From a bacterium (GTDB lineage: Bacteria; Patescibacteriota; Minisyncoccia; Phycocordibacterales; UBA6899): a stretch of DNA of 64,000 bases. The stretch lies in NCBI GenBank assembly GCA_043756865.1, contig JAYUQG010000019.1:101467-165466 (forward strand). Reading direction: 5' to 3'. This document shows positions 28,292 through 38,087 of this stretch, one piece after another. Numbering within the stretch: position 1 is the stretch's first letter; each line of letters starts with the position of its first letter. A model generated the notes under the pieces. The model was not told the DNA's origin, did no database searches, and saw nothing but the letters and a program-made list of their open reading frames with translations. A program made the position numbers and the translations under genes.

Positions 28292-29326
28292 ATGAGCACA
28301 ACGAGCATTGCATTCAAACCAAAGGTCGTCACCAAGCATTTTCTTTCTGTGCTCCCAAAGCGCGCACAGGATGTGATTGCAAAGCGCTACGGTCTAGGCA
28401 TGGAGACCAAGAAGATGACCCTCGAGGCCATCGGAGAAACATATGGCATAACGCGTGAGCGCGTACGCCAGATTGAGAACTTCGCACTCACCACGATTCG
28501 CAAGTCCGATGCCTTCAAAGAGGAGGCTCCTGCATTCGCAGAACTCCGTGAAGCAATGGTGAAACTCGGTGGACTCGTTCCCGAAGAAGACTTTCTCACG
28601 AAAGTCTCCTCCGAGAAATCAACACAAAACCACATTCACTTTCTACTCGTGCTTGGTGAGCTATTTATCAAACACAAAGAGGACGACGACTTCGGCCACC
28701 GATGGAGTACCGACCCCGAGGTCGCAGAAAAAGTGCATGATTCCCTCCGTAAACTCTACTCCTCGCTTTCCGATGAAGAACTCATCGAAGAATCAAAAAT
28801 GATTGAGAAGTTCCTGAATCATCTCAAAGATGTTTCAGAGGAATACAAGAACGAAGAAATCCTTCGCCGCTGGCTCTCACTCTCAAAAAAGATGGGCAAG
28901 AATCCATTGGGAGAGTGGGGTGTCGCGCATTCACCAAACGTCTCAGCACGCGGTGTCCGTGATTACGCATTTCTCGTACTTCGCAAGCACGGTTCACCCA
29001 TGCACTTCACTGAAGTTGCGAGCGCAATCGGTGAACACTTCGACAAGCGCGCACATGTAGCAACAACACACAACGAACTTATCAAGGACAAACGTTTCGT
29101 CCTCGTTGGCCGCGGTCTCTACGCACTCTCAGAGTGGGGTTACTCTACCGGAGTCGTACGTGACGTGATTGCAGATATTCTCAAGAAGAGCGGACCTTTG
29201 ACACGTGAGGATGTCGTCGAGAAGGTGATGCGCGAGCGCTATGTGAAGCCAAACACAATTCTCGTCAATTTACAGAACCCCAAGTACTTCAAGAAGAACA
29301 AAGAGGGGAAGTACGTGGCAGCATAA
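28292..29326 (+). CDS. Sigma-70 region 4-like HTH protein with C-terminal HARE-HTH (RNAP delta-like) domains
   Basis: TLEAIGETYGITRERVRQIE; PMHFTEV...THNELIKDKRFVLVGRGLYALSEW. Confidence 0.8.
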   Translation: MSTTSIAFKPKVVTKHFLSVLPKRAQDVIAKRYGLGMETKKMTLEAIGETYGITRERVRQIENFALTTIRKSDAFKEEAPAFAELREAMVKLGGLVPEEDFLTKVSSEKSTQNHIHFLLVLGELFIKHKEDDDFGHRWSTDPEVAEKVHDSLRKLYSSLSDEELIEESKMIEKFLNHLKDVSEEYKNEEILRRWLSLSKKMGKNPLGEWGVAHSPNVSARGVRDYAFLVLRKHGSPMHFTEVASAIGEHFDKRAHVATTHNELIKDKRFVLVGRGLYALSEWGYSTGVVRDVIADILKKSGPLTREDVVEKVMRERYVKPNTILVNLQNPKYFKKNKEGKYVAA

Positions 29327-29349
29327 CAGTCACAAGACTCAAAAATCAG

Positions 29350-29386
29350 AAAAAACTGCACCATCTTCTGATGGTGCAGTTTTTTT
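29350..29386 (+). terminator. Intrinsic terminator
   Basis: aaaaaactgcaccatc-ttct-gatggtgcagttttttt. Confidence 0.9.
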
Positions 29387-29471
29387 GTCAAAATCTTCAC
29401 CTTGAAATTGGTGACTTGCGTCCTCCTACTTATCCTTTGTACTCATAACTTCATGCTATATACTTGTACTT

Positions 29472-30698
29472 ATGTTTGAACCGTTCACGAGTTTTTTCAA
29501 TAAGCCCATATTTCATGTCATGGGACAGATTTATGACATGTTTGCGCTTTTGTCATTCATCTGGGGACCGATTCTCCTCGTATGGCTGGCGCAAAAACTG
29601 TGGCTGGAGTACGTCCGTATCGCGTTCATCAGAAAAAACTACGAATTTATCCTTCTTGAAATCAAGCTTCCCCGCACTATAGATAAAACCCCGATGGCGA
29701 TGGAGCTCGTACTGCAGGCACTCCATCAAGGCGGTACGGGGAACTGGTATGACCGTTGGTGGGGCGGAAAAGTAAAACCGTGGTTCTCTTTGGAGATTGT
29801 TTCCATTGAAGGAAACGTAAAATTCCTCCTACGCACTCCGTCTAAATTCAAGAAGCTTATCGAAAGCCACATCTATGCGCAGTATCCCGCCATCGAAGTG
29901 GTCGAAGTGCAGGACTACATCTCGCTCGCTCCATACATTCATGAAAAAAATGAGTGGAGTATCTGGGGCTGTGAGTTTGCGCTGACAAAACCCGATCCAT
30001 TTCCAATCAAAACCTACGTGGACTATGGTCTCGACAAAGCGGGTACAAAAGAAGAGTTCAAGAGCGATCCCATTACATCAATGATTGAGTTCTTGGGTTC
30101 GATTGGTCGCGGACAGCAAATCTGGATGCAAATATTGACGCAGGCAAATGGAGAGCGCTATGCAACACCGGGAAAGTGGTTTAGCAAGCACGACTGGAAA
30201 GATGAAGGGAAACGGCTGATAAAGGAGATACAGGCAAAGTATGCAGCCCCAGACGGCCCCAAGCCATCCAAAGGTGAGATGGAGTCCATCGCCGCGGTCG
30301 AACGCTCACTTTCAAAGATTGGATTTGATTGTGGAATTCGCGCGATTTACATTGCGAAGAAAGAAAATTTTGACCCTTCAAACATAGCCGGTATTACGGG
30401 GGCATTTCGCCAATATAGTTCACCGACGCTGAATGGCTTCAAGCCCACAAACACAACCGGATTCGATTATCCTTGGCAGGATTACCACGACATCCGACTC
30501 AATAAAAAGAAGAAGAAAATTTTTGATGCATACGTGCGACGCTCATACTTCTATGCACCATACAAGAAAAAGCCTTTTGTATTGAATAGTGAAGAGCTCG
30601 CTACGATTTATCATTTCCCTGGTGGTGTGGCGGAGACTCCAACCTTTACACGCATCGAATCACGCAAGGGCGAACCTCCTGCAAACCTCCCCATTTAA
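29472..30698 (+). CDS. Conserved hypothetical membrane-anchored protein resembling the N-terminal region of CPR coupling-protein-like ATPases
   Basis: FSLEIVS, IYAQYP, PIKTY, ELATIYHFP, PPANLP; no Walker motifs. Confidence 0.7.
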   Translation: MFEPFTSFFNKPIFHVMGQIYDMFALLSFIWGPILLVWLAQKLWLEYVRIAFIRKNYEFILLEIKLPRTIDKTPMAMELVLQALHQGGTGNWYDRWWGGKVKPWFSLEIVSIEGNVKFLLRTPSKFKKLIESHIYAQYPAIEVVEVQDYISLAPYIHEKNEWSIWGCEFALTKPDPFPIKTYVDYGLDKAGTKEEFKSDPITSMIEFLGSIGRGQQIWMQILTQANGERYATPGKWFSKHDWKDEGKRLIKEIQAKYAAPDGPKPSKGEMESIAAVERSLSKIGFDCGIRAIYIAKKENFDPSNIAGITGAFRQYSSPTLNGFKPTNTTGFDYPWQDYHDIRLNKKKKKIFDAYVRRSYFYAPYKKKPFVLNSEELATIYHFPGGVAETPTFTRIESRKGEPPANLPI

Positions 30699-30699
30699 A

Positions 30700-31707
30700 A
30701 TGGAAGAAGAGCCTGTCGATTTACGAGAACAGAAGATTACCGTCTCACGCAAACCCAAAAGAGCGCGGGCGATATTTCTCTTTGTGTTGGTCAGCGTAAT
30801 TTTTGGCGGGTTTGCCTTTCTTTGGAATGAAACACGCCCACCCACAATATTTCCAGCGAGTGTCATTGTGGAAATACCTGCAGGAACTTCAGTGCGGGGC
30901 ATAGCGGAAATACTGCAATACAACGGGATTATTCATTCACCGACACTTTTTCGAATGCTAATCATACTTTCAGGTAAAGAGTCGGGCATACAGTCCGGTG
31001 CGTACTTGTTTTCTGAGCAGATGGATTTGTCGCAAGTCACTCGCAAGATGCTCACCACGGATCGCGGAATCGAACGCATACGCCTCACGATCCCCGAAGG
31101 TCTCACTTTAAGACAAACTGCAACACTAGTCGCCAAGGGGTTACCTGCAACTTCTGAAACTGATTTCTTAGCGTTATCCAAGGGCAAAGAGGGATATCTC
31201 TTTCCTGATACATATTTTTTCTTATCAAATGCAACAACCGGTCCAGTGGCTCTCGCAATGTCAGAGAATTTCATCACGAAAACTGCTACGCTGAAACAAG
31301 AAGCAACTGAGCTAGGCAAAGAATGGTCAGATATCGTTACGATGGCGTCTATTATCGAAGAAGAGACAGTCTCTGACTTCGATCAGCGTCTCGTTTCTGG
31401 AGTACTGTGGAATCGTATTAAAATTGGCATGCGGCTTCAGGTGGACGCTTCGTTTGCATACTTACTCGGAAAACCGTCGAGTGAAATTACCGTCACCGAC
31501 CTCGAACTGGATTCGCCATATAACACGTATCGCTATGCAGGATTACCTCCCGCTCCCATCGCAAACCCTGGGCTACGCGCACTGTCTGCCGCACTGTATC
31601 CCACTGCAAATAGTTATTTATATTATCTTTCCGATGCCGATGGCGTACTTCACTATGCGAAGACCTTTGAGGAGCACAAAGCGAACAAAGAGAAGTACCT
31701 AAGATAG
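30700..31707 (+). CDS. mltG: Endolytic transglycosylase MltG
   Basis: TIPEG, EGYLFPDTY, ASIIEEE, LQVDA, SPYNTY, GLPPAPIANPG. Confidence 0.95.
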   Translation: MEEEPVDLREQKITVSRKPKRARAIFLFVLVSVIFGGFAFLWNETRPPTIFPASVIVEIPAGTSVRGIAEILQYNGIIHSPTLFRMLIILSGKESGIQSGAYLFSEQMDLSQVTRKMLTTDRGIERIRLTIPEGLTLRQTATLVAKGLPATSETDFLALSKGKEGYLFPDTYFFLSNATTGPVALAMSENFITKTATLKQEATELGKEWSDIVTMASIIEEETVSDFDQRLVSGVLWNRIKIGMRLQVDASFAYLLGKPSSEITVTDLELDSPYNTYRYAGLPPAPIANPGLRALSAALYPTANSYLYYLSDADGVLHYAKTFEEHKANKEKYLR

Positions 31708-31759
31708 CCCGTGGCGTCAAATATTTGGCGGGATAAAAAAAATGCGCTATGGTAGTTTC

Positions 31760-33139
31760 ATGCAACTGCAGATCGCAAATATTTCCAAGGCGTATTTTGT
31801 CGGTGTGGGTGGAATTGGCGTTTCCGCCATCATGCGCTATTTTGCGAAACAAGGTATTACACTCGTGGGCTCCGACATTGTACTTCCGCGGGCAGGATAC
31901 CTCCCCGAAGGAACGTATTACGAGGGTCCGCACCGCGACCATGTGCCCGCTGACTCATCGGTCTTGATTTATTCTCCCGCCGTACCTGAAACCAACGTGG
32001 AGCGCGTACGCGCACGCGAAATCGGCATACCTGAACTTTCTTACCCTGAGGCGCTCGCACTGGTGACTCATCCTCACCCCACAATGGCAATTTCAGGTAC
32101 CCACGGCAAATCGACCACAACAGCTCTTGCGGGAAAACTTTTTGAGTCAGGGAAGCTTGATGCAACTGTGATTGTCGGTGCAGACGTACCCGGATGGGAC
32201 AATAATTTTCATGAGGGGAAAGGGGATATGTTTATTGTTGAAGCATGCGAATATCGTCGCCATATGATGCATCTTTCGCCACAGGCAATTGTCCTCACCA
32301 ATCTGGAGCTTGACCACCCCGACTACTACCACGACCTCGCAGATATCAAACAAGCGTTTCGGGAGTACATCGGCAAGCTCTCAGGTGAAGACTTACTCAT
32401 CATCAACAACGATGATGCGAATATTCGCGACATCACGCGCGATTTCGACGCTATCATAGTACGATTCGGCGTCGGAGGTGGGGCAGACCTTGTTGCAAAA
32501 AATATTAAGCAGCTCGAAATGGAGCAACAGTTCGATTTGGAGTGGAAAGGCACAACCATAGGCACCTTCACCACACACTTACCGGGCCTCTACAATATTT
32601 ACAACATACTTGCAGCGACCGCCCCATACCTTGCATATGGAGGACCCCAGCAGGCCATACAAGGTGTACTCAGCGCATTTTATGGAGTGGGCAGGCGCTT
32701 TGAAGTACTCGGTGAGCGTGAAGGTACAATCATCGTCTCTGACTACGCGCATCACCCCACCGCACTGCGCGCTGTCTATGACGCAGCTTCGGCACGATAT
32801 GCCGGAAAAAACATCCTCACGGTATTTCGACCGCACCACCGCGAGCGCACAATAAAACTGTTTGACCAATTTATAGAAACATTCCTCGCAATTCCGCACA
32901 CCATACTTATAGAGATATATGACGTAGCAGGAAGAGAAGAAGAAACTCCAATTAGCTCGCGCGATGTTATCACCAAGGTGCTCGAACACGACCCGAGAAA
33001 GGATATCCTATTTGCAAAAGACATGAAGGATGCAGAGGAAAAGGTGAAATCAATGGCACACCTCTTTGATGTTATCCTTATTGTAGGAGCAGGCGATGCA
33101 GACCAGCTCGCAAAAAAAATGATAACTACTAACGCATAA
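31760..33139 (+). CDS. murC: UDP-N-acetylmuramate--L-alanine ligase
   Basis: VGVGGIGVSA, GTHGKSTT, EACEY, DHPD, GRRFE, DYAHHP. Confidence 0.92.
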   Translation: MQLQIANISKAYFVGVGGIGVSAIMRYFAKQGITLVGSDIVLPRAGYLPEGTYYEGPHRDHVPADSSVLIYSPAVPETNVERVRAREIGIPELSYPEALALVTHPHPTMAISGTHGKSTTTALAGKLFESGKLDATVIVGADVPGWDNNFHEGKGDMFIVEACEYRRHMMHLSPQAIVLTNLELDHPDYYHDLADIKQAFREYIGKLSGEDLLIINNDDANIRDITRDFDAIIVRFGVGGGADLVAKNIKQLEMEQQFDLEWKGTTIGTFTTHLPGLYNIYNILAATAPYLAYGGPQQAIQGVLSAFYGVGRRFEVLGEREGTIIVSDYAHHPTALRAVYDAASARYAGKNILTVFRPHHRERTIKLFDQFIETFLAIPHTILIEIYDVAGREEETPISSRDVITKVLEHDPRKDILFAKDMKDAEEKVKSMAHLFDVILIVGAGDADQLAKKMITTNA

Positions 33140-33150
33140 CTTGTTACGTC

Positions 33151-33708
33151 ATGAAAAATCTTAAACTCGCATTTGTTGATCTTGAAACCACCGGATTAGA
33201 CCCAATGAACCACGAAGTGATCGAGATCGGAATAGTGATTGCCGAGCAAGTACAGGGTGCAAATGGAAAACAGACACTCAACTTACTCTCCGAACACAAT
33301 ATTCAACTCCTGCCCACACATATCGAGAACGCCGACCCCAAGGGTCTTGAGGTAAACAAATATTACAAACGCGACTGGAGTGCCGCCGTACCACAACAAG
33401 AAGGCCTTGCAGCAGCCGCGAAGTTATTTGGCGGGGCTGTGTTTATCGCACAGAACGTGGGTGGAGATTGGGCGTTTCTACTCAAGGCTGGTGCTGACCA
33501 CGGAGTGAAGTTTGAGGGGACGGTGCATTACCACAAGCTCGACCTTGCTTCGATGGCATTCGGGAAACTCTATCATGAGCCGAAACTCTTCAAGTTTAGC
33601 CTGCGAGAACTCACAGAATATTTCGAAGTGACAAATCAGGACGCACATACCGCACTTGCTGACGCGCGGGCGACGTACGAAGTTTGCAAAAAATTGCTGG
33701 AACTGTAG
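33151..33708 (+). CDS. DEDDh 3'-5' exonuclease (DnaQ-like)
   Basis: VDLETTG, QNVGGD, HTALADA. Confidence 0.9.
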   Translation: MKNLKLAFVDLETTGLDPMNHEVIEIGIVIAEQVQGANGKQTLNLLSEHNIQLLPTHIENADPKGLEVNKYYKRDWSAAVPQQEGLAAAAKLFGGAVFIAQNVGGDWAFLLKAGADHGVKFEGTVHYHKLDLASMAFGKLYHEPKLFKFSLRELTEYFEVTNQDAHTALADARATYEVCKKLLEL

Positions 33709-33763
33709 GATTTCCTAAGAACAACAGGGGGCGCAGTTGCACGACTACAGTAGACAGAATCTC

Positions 33764-33979
33764 ATGGGTACGTTTGATTTGAATATCGGGCGTCTGACCG
33801 ACATGCTTGCGCGTTATTTCAATCATGACGACACGTACATGCTGGTGGACTTCACGCTCCACGACGGAAGTGTTGTCGAAGGAGTTCCCATCATGAACCT
33901 CACCACCGTGTGCCTCTATGCTGGTATGCAAGTTTTCAGCGAGCAGGACGTTCTGTCACTTGCGCCCACGCCACGCTAA
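33764..33979 (+). CDS. Small hypothetical protein
   Basis: 71-aa ORF followed by a terminator. Confidence 0.45.
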   Translation: MGTFDLNIGRLTDMLARYFNHDDTYMLVDFTLHDGSVVEGVPIMNLTTVCLYAGMQVFSEQDVLSLAPTPR

Positions 33980-33984
33980 ATAAC

Positions 33985-34010
33985 AACATCCGCCTGAGGC
34001 GGATGTTTTG
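33985..34010. terminator. Terminator hairpin between convergent ORFs
   Basis: aacatccgcc-tga-ggcggatgtttt. Confidence 0.75.
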
Positions 34011-34053
34011 TAAATGCGTTTCGCCACCAAGTAGGATAATGGTGGGCATGTGC

Positions 34054-34419
34054 TTATTGTTCGGTGGGTGCCTGCGCATTCCACGTATCAAAGATTGCGT
34101 TCACGATCGCAATGCTGATGTCCGCACGCAACAAGGACGGAGTTGCCAAGCAGATTTTCGTGATGATACCAGAAAGCGTATCGTCAGAAACGTGCTCAAT
34201 CAAAAGTTGGATATTTACCTCGGCAAAACCGTGCGTAGTCAAATGATCGAAGACCACCATGCGCACGACGTCGCCCATTTTGATTACGTCGAATGACGGA
34301 GATGTCACGAGGTATTTCTCGAATCGACTGAGGCCAGCATCAGTCATTCCTTTGTCGAGCACGTTTGTGAGGTACTGTAACTGAGCTTCAGGAGAGGCGA
34401 AAACAAGGTGGGGGATCAT
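34054..34419 (-). CDS. Hypothetical protein
   Basis: 121-aa ORF with no recognised motif. Confidence 0.55.
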   Translation of the reverse strand: MIPHLVFASPEAQLQYLTNVLDKGMTDAGLSRFEKYLVTSPSFDVIKMGDVVRMVVFDHLTTHGFAEVNIQLLIEHVSDDTLSGIITKICLATPSLLRADISIAIVNAIFDTWNAQAPTEQ

Positions 34420-34528
34420 CAGCAGTTCTTTCTCGGTTGAATGTATGAAGTTTGCAGAAACCTAGAATAGTTTTTATTATATAAATCTTCAAATGTCAAG
34501 TGAAAAATGTTGCAAATACTGATTTTGA

Positions 34529-34972
34529 TCAACTATCGAGCGGTGATGCCTGTTGCTCTGTGAGTTCTTCTGTTGGTGCTAAACAATTTTTTATTTTCTC
34601 GATAACGTTTTCCATAGTGAAATCTGATTTGATGAGGTAGTACGATGGCTCGTCTTTTGTGACACCACCCATAATTTTGTCATCAGCACTCAGATTGGTG
34701 AGCAATATCACGGATACGTGTTTCCCATATATACCTGACGTGCGTAGTTTTGCGAGCATGGTCATACCGTCTATGATGGGCATATCAATATCAAGAAGCA
34801 CGAGGTCTGGTTTTTCTGCGAGTATGAGCGCGAGACCGCTTTCCCCGTCAAATGCTTGGAGTACACGAAATCCCGTGTCCGCAAGTGCTCCCGCGAGCGA
34901 TTTGGAGATTACATGGTCATCCTCAATGATTGCTACTTTGTATTTTTTTGCGTCAAATTTTTCCTTTGTCAT
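34529..34972 (-). CDS. Stand-alone response regulator receiver
   Basis: IIEDD, PDLVLLDIDMP, LLTN, IKS. Confidence 0.92.
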   Translation of the reverse strand: MTKEKFDAKKYKVAIIEDDHVISKSLAGALADTGFRVLQAFDGESGLALILAEKPDLVLLDIDMPIIDGMTMLAKLRTSGIYGKHVSVILLTNLSADDKIMGGVTKDEPSYYLIKSDFTMENVIEKIKNCLAPTEELTEQQASPLDS

Positions 34973-34998
34973 GAGTGTGTTTGCGTAATTGTTACGGG

Positions 34999-35400
34999 CT
35001 ATTTGTTGGTAAAATATACTCGCACTTTTTCCATAATTTCTGGAAGTGCATGTTGTGATTTCACTATGTAGTCACTGGCACCCAGGGAGAGCCCGCGCTC
35101 GACGTCGTCGTTGCTACCCAGCATCGTGAGCATAAAAACGGGAATATGCTTTGTTTTTGCATTCTTTTTGAGTGCTTCGAGCACGTCAAAACCATTTTTT
35201 TTGGGCATTAGGAGATCAAGCAAGATTAAGTTTGGCTGCTGTGCATTCGCCAATCGCAAACCATCCTCCCCGTCATATGCACAAAATGTTTCAAAGCCGG
35301 AATCGTTGAGTTCCTCAGAAAGCACTTTTGAGAGTACGGCATCGTCTTCAACGAGAAGAATTTTTATTTTAGACTCTGAATTTAATTCTATGACTTTCAT
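34999..35400 (-). CDS. Stand-alone response regulator receiver
   Basis: LVEDD, LILLDLLMP, MLT, VKS. Confidence 0.92.
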   Translation of the reverse strand: MKVIELNSESKIKILLVEDDAVLSKVLSEELNDSGFETFCAYDGEDGLRLANAQQPNLILLDLLMPKKNGFDVLEALKKNAKTKHIPVFMLTMLGSNDDVERGLSLGASDYIVKSQHALPEIMEKVRVYFTNK

Positions 35401-35468
35401 GTGTTGATATTGATATTGATAGAGACGCAGCTTGCGTAGATTAATATAATGCAGGAAGTGTTGTGTGA

Positions 35469-36851
35469 CTATTGTGTCCTGTGTCCAATTTGGGGTACAA
35501 GGGCAACCGGCAATTCAACGTAAAACCTGGAACCCGCATTGTCATCGCCGTCTGCGAACGCACTCTTGTTTGTTATCCTGATCGGTGACTCAAACCAAAT
35601 CTTCCCACCCAAGAGGTATGTGGCGCGTTCCGCAATGAAAAGTCCAATACCTGTGCCGTCTGTTTTATAAAGCTTTGCATTGCTCGCCCGCACAAATTTC
35701 TCAAAAATTCTCGATTGCTCCGATATTGGAATACCAATACCCGTATCCTCAATTTCAATCCGAAACGTGTTGCTTTGTATTTTTAAGACAATAGTAATAC
35801 TCCCCCCCACTCCTGTGTACTCAATAGCGTTCGAGACGAGGCTTTGGATAATATTGTGTAATGAGTTTTTATCCGTCATCACGTGGAGTTCGTTTGGGTG
35901 ATTGTCAAAAATCAATTTCAACCCTTTCTTGTCGAGCAGTGGGCGGCATTCTTCGATATAGTTTCTAATAAAGCCAATAACCTCAATAGGTTCTTGAGAG
36001 AGTACCACTCGACCAGCTTCGATGCGTGACAAGTTCAGTAATAAATCCACCATTTCTGTGAGTCGTTTTGCAGACACATGGATATCATTCAGGTACTCTA
36101 CTCCCTTTGGCGTTAGTTTTTCTTTTTTAGTAAATCTCTCAATAACCCACTGAATACCGGTTAGGGGAGTACGAAGTTGATGTGAAGCAATTGAGATAAA
36201 TTCTCCTTTTATACGATCAAGCTCTTTTTCTTTCGTGGTATCTCGGAATACTTCAACCACGCCGATTAACTCGGTGCCCACGACGATGGGTGCGATGGTG
36301 AGTGATACCGGGAAAGATAACCCATCTTTGCGCTCAAATATCGCCGCTGTAGCAATCGCAGTTACCTGTGTTTGACCCTTAAGGATTTTTGTAGATAATC
36401 GTTCGGCATCGGGAATCCTTCTTCCGTTCTCATCCGACATATATACCATTTCAATCAGCGGTTGGCCCTTAACTTCAGACTCTCTCCAGCCCAGCATTTT
36501 CTCGAAAGCACCGTTTACCATGGTGATGTTCCCATCTCGATCAGTAGCAACGAGTCCGTCACCGATACTCGCGAGCACGGCAGCGTCCTTGGCTTTTGCT
36601 TCTATCAATTTCTCGCGCTCCTGTTCAAGGTCATCGAGTAGGTTCGTGGTAGCCTTGCGTGTACTCTTGAGCTCTTCCTGCTCACGCTCAAGATCTTCCC
36701 ATAGATTGAAGGACGCCCTGCGCAAGTCATCAAGCTCCGTGACCCGTTCGGCGAGTACTCGCGTGAGTGCGGAAACTTGCTGTTCTAGTGCACTTATTGG
36801 CGCACCAGGTGGCGACCCGATACCCTTTTTTTTCTTGTCTAATTTGGTCAT
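35469..36851 (-). CDS. Cytoplasmic histidine kinase (coiled coil, PAS, HisKA, HATPase)
   Basis: ASHQLRTPL, SNAIEY, DTGIGI, GTGIG; no TM; start ATG 36851. Confidence 0.92.
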   Translation of the reverse strand: MTKLDKKKKGIGSPPGAPISALEQQVSALTRVLAERVTELDDLRRASFNLWEDLEREQEELKSTRKATTNLLDDLEQEREKLIEAKAKDAAVLASIGDGLVATDRDGNITMVNGAFEKMLGWRESEVKGQPLIEMVYMSDENGRRIPDAERLSTKILKGQTQVTAIATAAIFERKDGLSFPVSLTIAPIVVGTELIGVVEVFRDTTKEKELDRIKGEFISIASHQLRTPLTGIQWVIERFTKKEKLTPKGVEYLNDIHVSAKRLTEMVDLLLNLSRIEAGRVVLSQEPIEVIGFIRNYIEECRPLLDKKGLKLIFDNHPNELHVMTDKNSLHNIIQSLVSNAIEYTGVGGSITIVLKIQSNTFRIEIEDTGIGIPISEQSRIFEKFVRASNAKLYKTDGTGIGLFIAERATYLLGGKIWFESPIRITNKSAFADGDDNAGSRFYVELPVALVPQIGHRTQ

Positions 36852-36873
36852 TGCAAAATGTGCGGGATTATAC

Positions 36874-38073
36874 CTAGCCTTGAGTGCCGGACTTTGCCTT
36901 AAGTAGTGCAATTTCTTCTTTCAGCTCTATCATTTTGAGCTCTCGTCCCGTCATCATTTTGTTTAATTTTTCGAGTCCTTCTAGATATGCCGCAGCTTTT
37001 TTCTCAGCGAATTTTCTATCGCCGATATCTCGTATGTTGCATTGTATCATTTCTGTGCCATCAGTGAGCGGATAACGATTACTCACAAACTCAACCTGAT
37101 GTTCTAGGCCATCTTTTGACTTAATAGGGAGGTCGTCATAGCGTACATACCCTTTTGTCTGCAATTCCTCGAACATCATCTTGGCATACTTAATATCGGG
37201 AACCGCGCCGATTTCCCAGAGTTTTTTGCCAATTATTTCAGCTAGTGAGTATCCCATCAGTTCAAGTAAAAATGGGTTAGCGTCAACTATCTTTTCGGTT
37301 GCAGGGTCAATAAGCAGGACGCCATCTTTCGCGGTTTCAAAAAGTTTTCTATATTGTACTTCAGAAATAAGGAGCTTGCGTCGCACGCTTTCTTTCTCCT
37401 CCGCTGTTACTGCTAATTGTCGCGCGGTAGCCGCCAATTTGTTTCTCACGCTCTCTTTCTCCTTCGCAGCCGTCGCGAGTTTTCGGGCGGTAACTGCTAG
37501 CTTGCGTCGCACACTCTCTTTCTCGTCTGCAGTAGCCGCAAGTTTTTTTGCTTTAATATGCAGTTTTTCTGCGGTGATCGCAAGTTTGCGCCGCACACTC
37601 TCTTTTTCACCTGCCGTAACAGCAAGCTTGCGTGCAGTAACCGCAAGTTTGTTGCGCACACTCTCTTTTTCTCGAGCAGTGACGGCGAGTTGCCGTGCAG
37701 TAACGGCAAGTTTACGTCGCACGCTCTCTTTCTCCTTCGCTGTCACTGCAAGCTGTCGCGCGGTTACTGCAAGTTTACGTCGCACGCTCTCTTTCTCCTT
37801 CGCGGTCACTGCAAGCTGTCGTGCGGTTACGGCAAGTTTGTTGCGCACACTCTCTTTCTCCTTCGCGGTGACAACAAGTTTGCGTCGCACGCTCTCTTTC
37901 TCCTTCGCGGTCACTGCAAGCTGTCGTGCGGTTACGGCAAGTTTGTTGCGCACACTCTCTTTTCTCTTCGCGGTTACAACGAGCTTGCGTCGCACACTCT
38001 CTTTCTTCTCAGCTGTTACCTTGAGCTTGAGTGCGGTGCTATTTAAGGCCGTTGTGAAATTGTTTTTGTTCAT
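36874..38073 (-). CDS. Basic heptad-repeat coiled-coil + PAS protein with C-terminal GRELKMIELK zipper
   Basis: 11 KESVR units, then YRKLFETAKDG...IQCNIRDI (PAS). Confidence 0.85.
   Translation of the reverse strand: MNKNNFTTALNSTALKLKVTAEKKESVRRKLVVTAKRKESVRNKLAVTARQLAVTAKEKESVRRKLVVTAKEKESVRNKLAVTARQLAVTAKEKESVRRKLAVTARQLAVTAKEKESVRRKLAVTARQLAVTAREKESVRNKLAVTARKLAVTAGEKESVRRKLAITAEKLHIKAKKLAATADEKESVRRKLAVTARKLATAAKEKESVRNKLAATARQLAVTAEEKESVRRKLLISEVQYRKLFETAKDGVLLIDPATEKIVDANPFLLELMGYSLAEIIGKKLWEIGAVPDIKYAKMMFEELQTKGYVRYDDLPIKSKDGLEHQVEFVSNRYPLTDGTEMIQCNIRDIGDRKFAEKKAAAYLEGLEKLNKMMTGRELKMIELKEEIALLKAKSGTQG
37372..38010 (-). repeat. Coding tandem repeat built from 42-bp and 21-bp modules
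   Basis: xEKESVR[RN]KL[AV]VTA (14 aa) interleaved with R[QK]LAVTA (7 aa). Confidence 0.95.
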
Positions 38074-38087
38074 AATATTTTGGTACT

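Noticed and set aside
36851-36911. Programmed frameshift fusing the repeat-PAS protein to the kinase
   Set aside because: Would need a +1 shift; no evident slippery site; the kinase has its own ATG
37372-38010. CRISPR array or DGR repeat
   Set aside because: Units are contiguous, in-frame multiples of 21 bp with no unique spacers; no cas or reverse transcriptase gene is present
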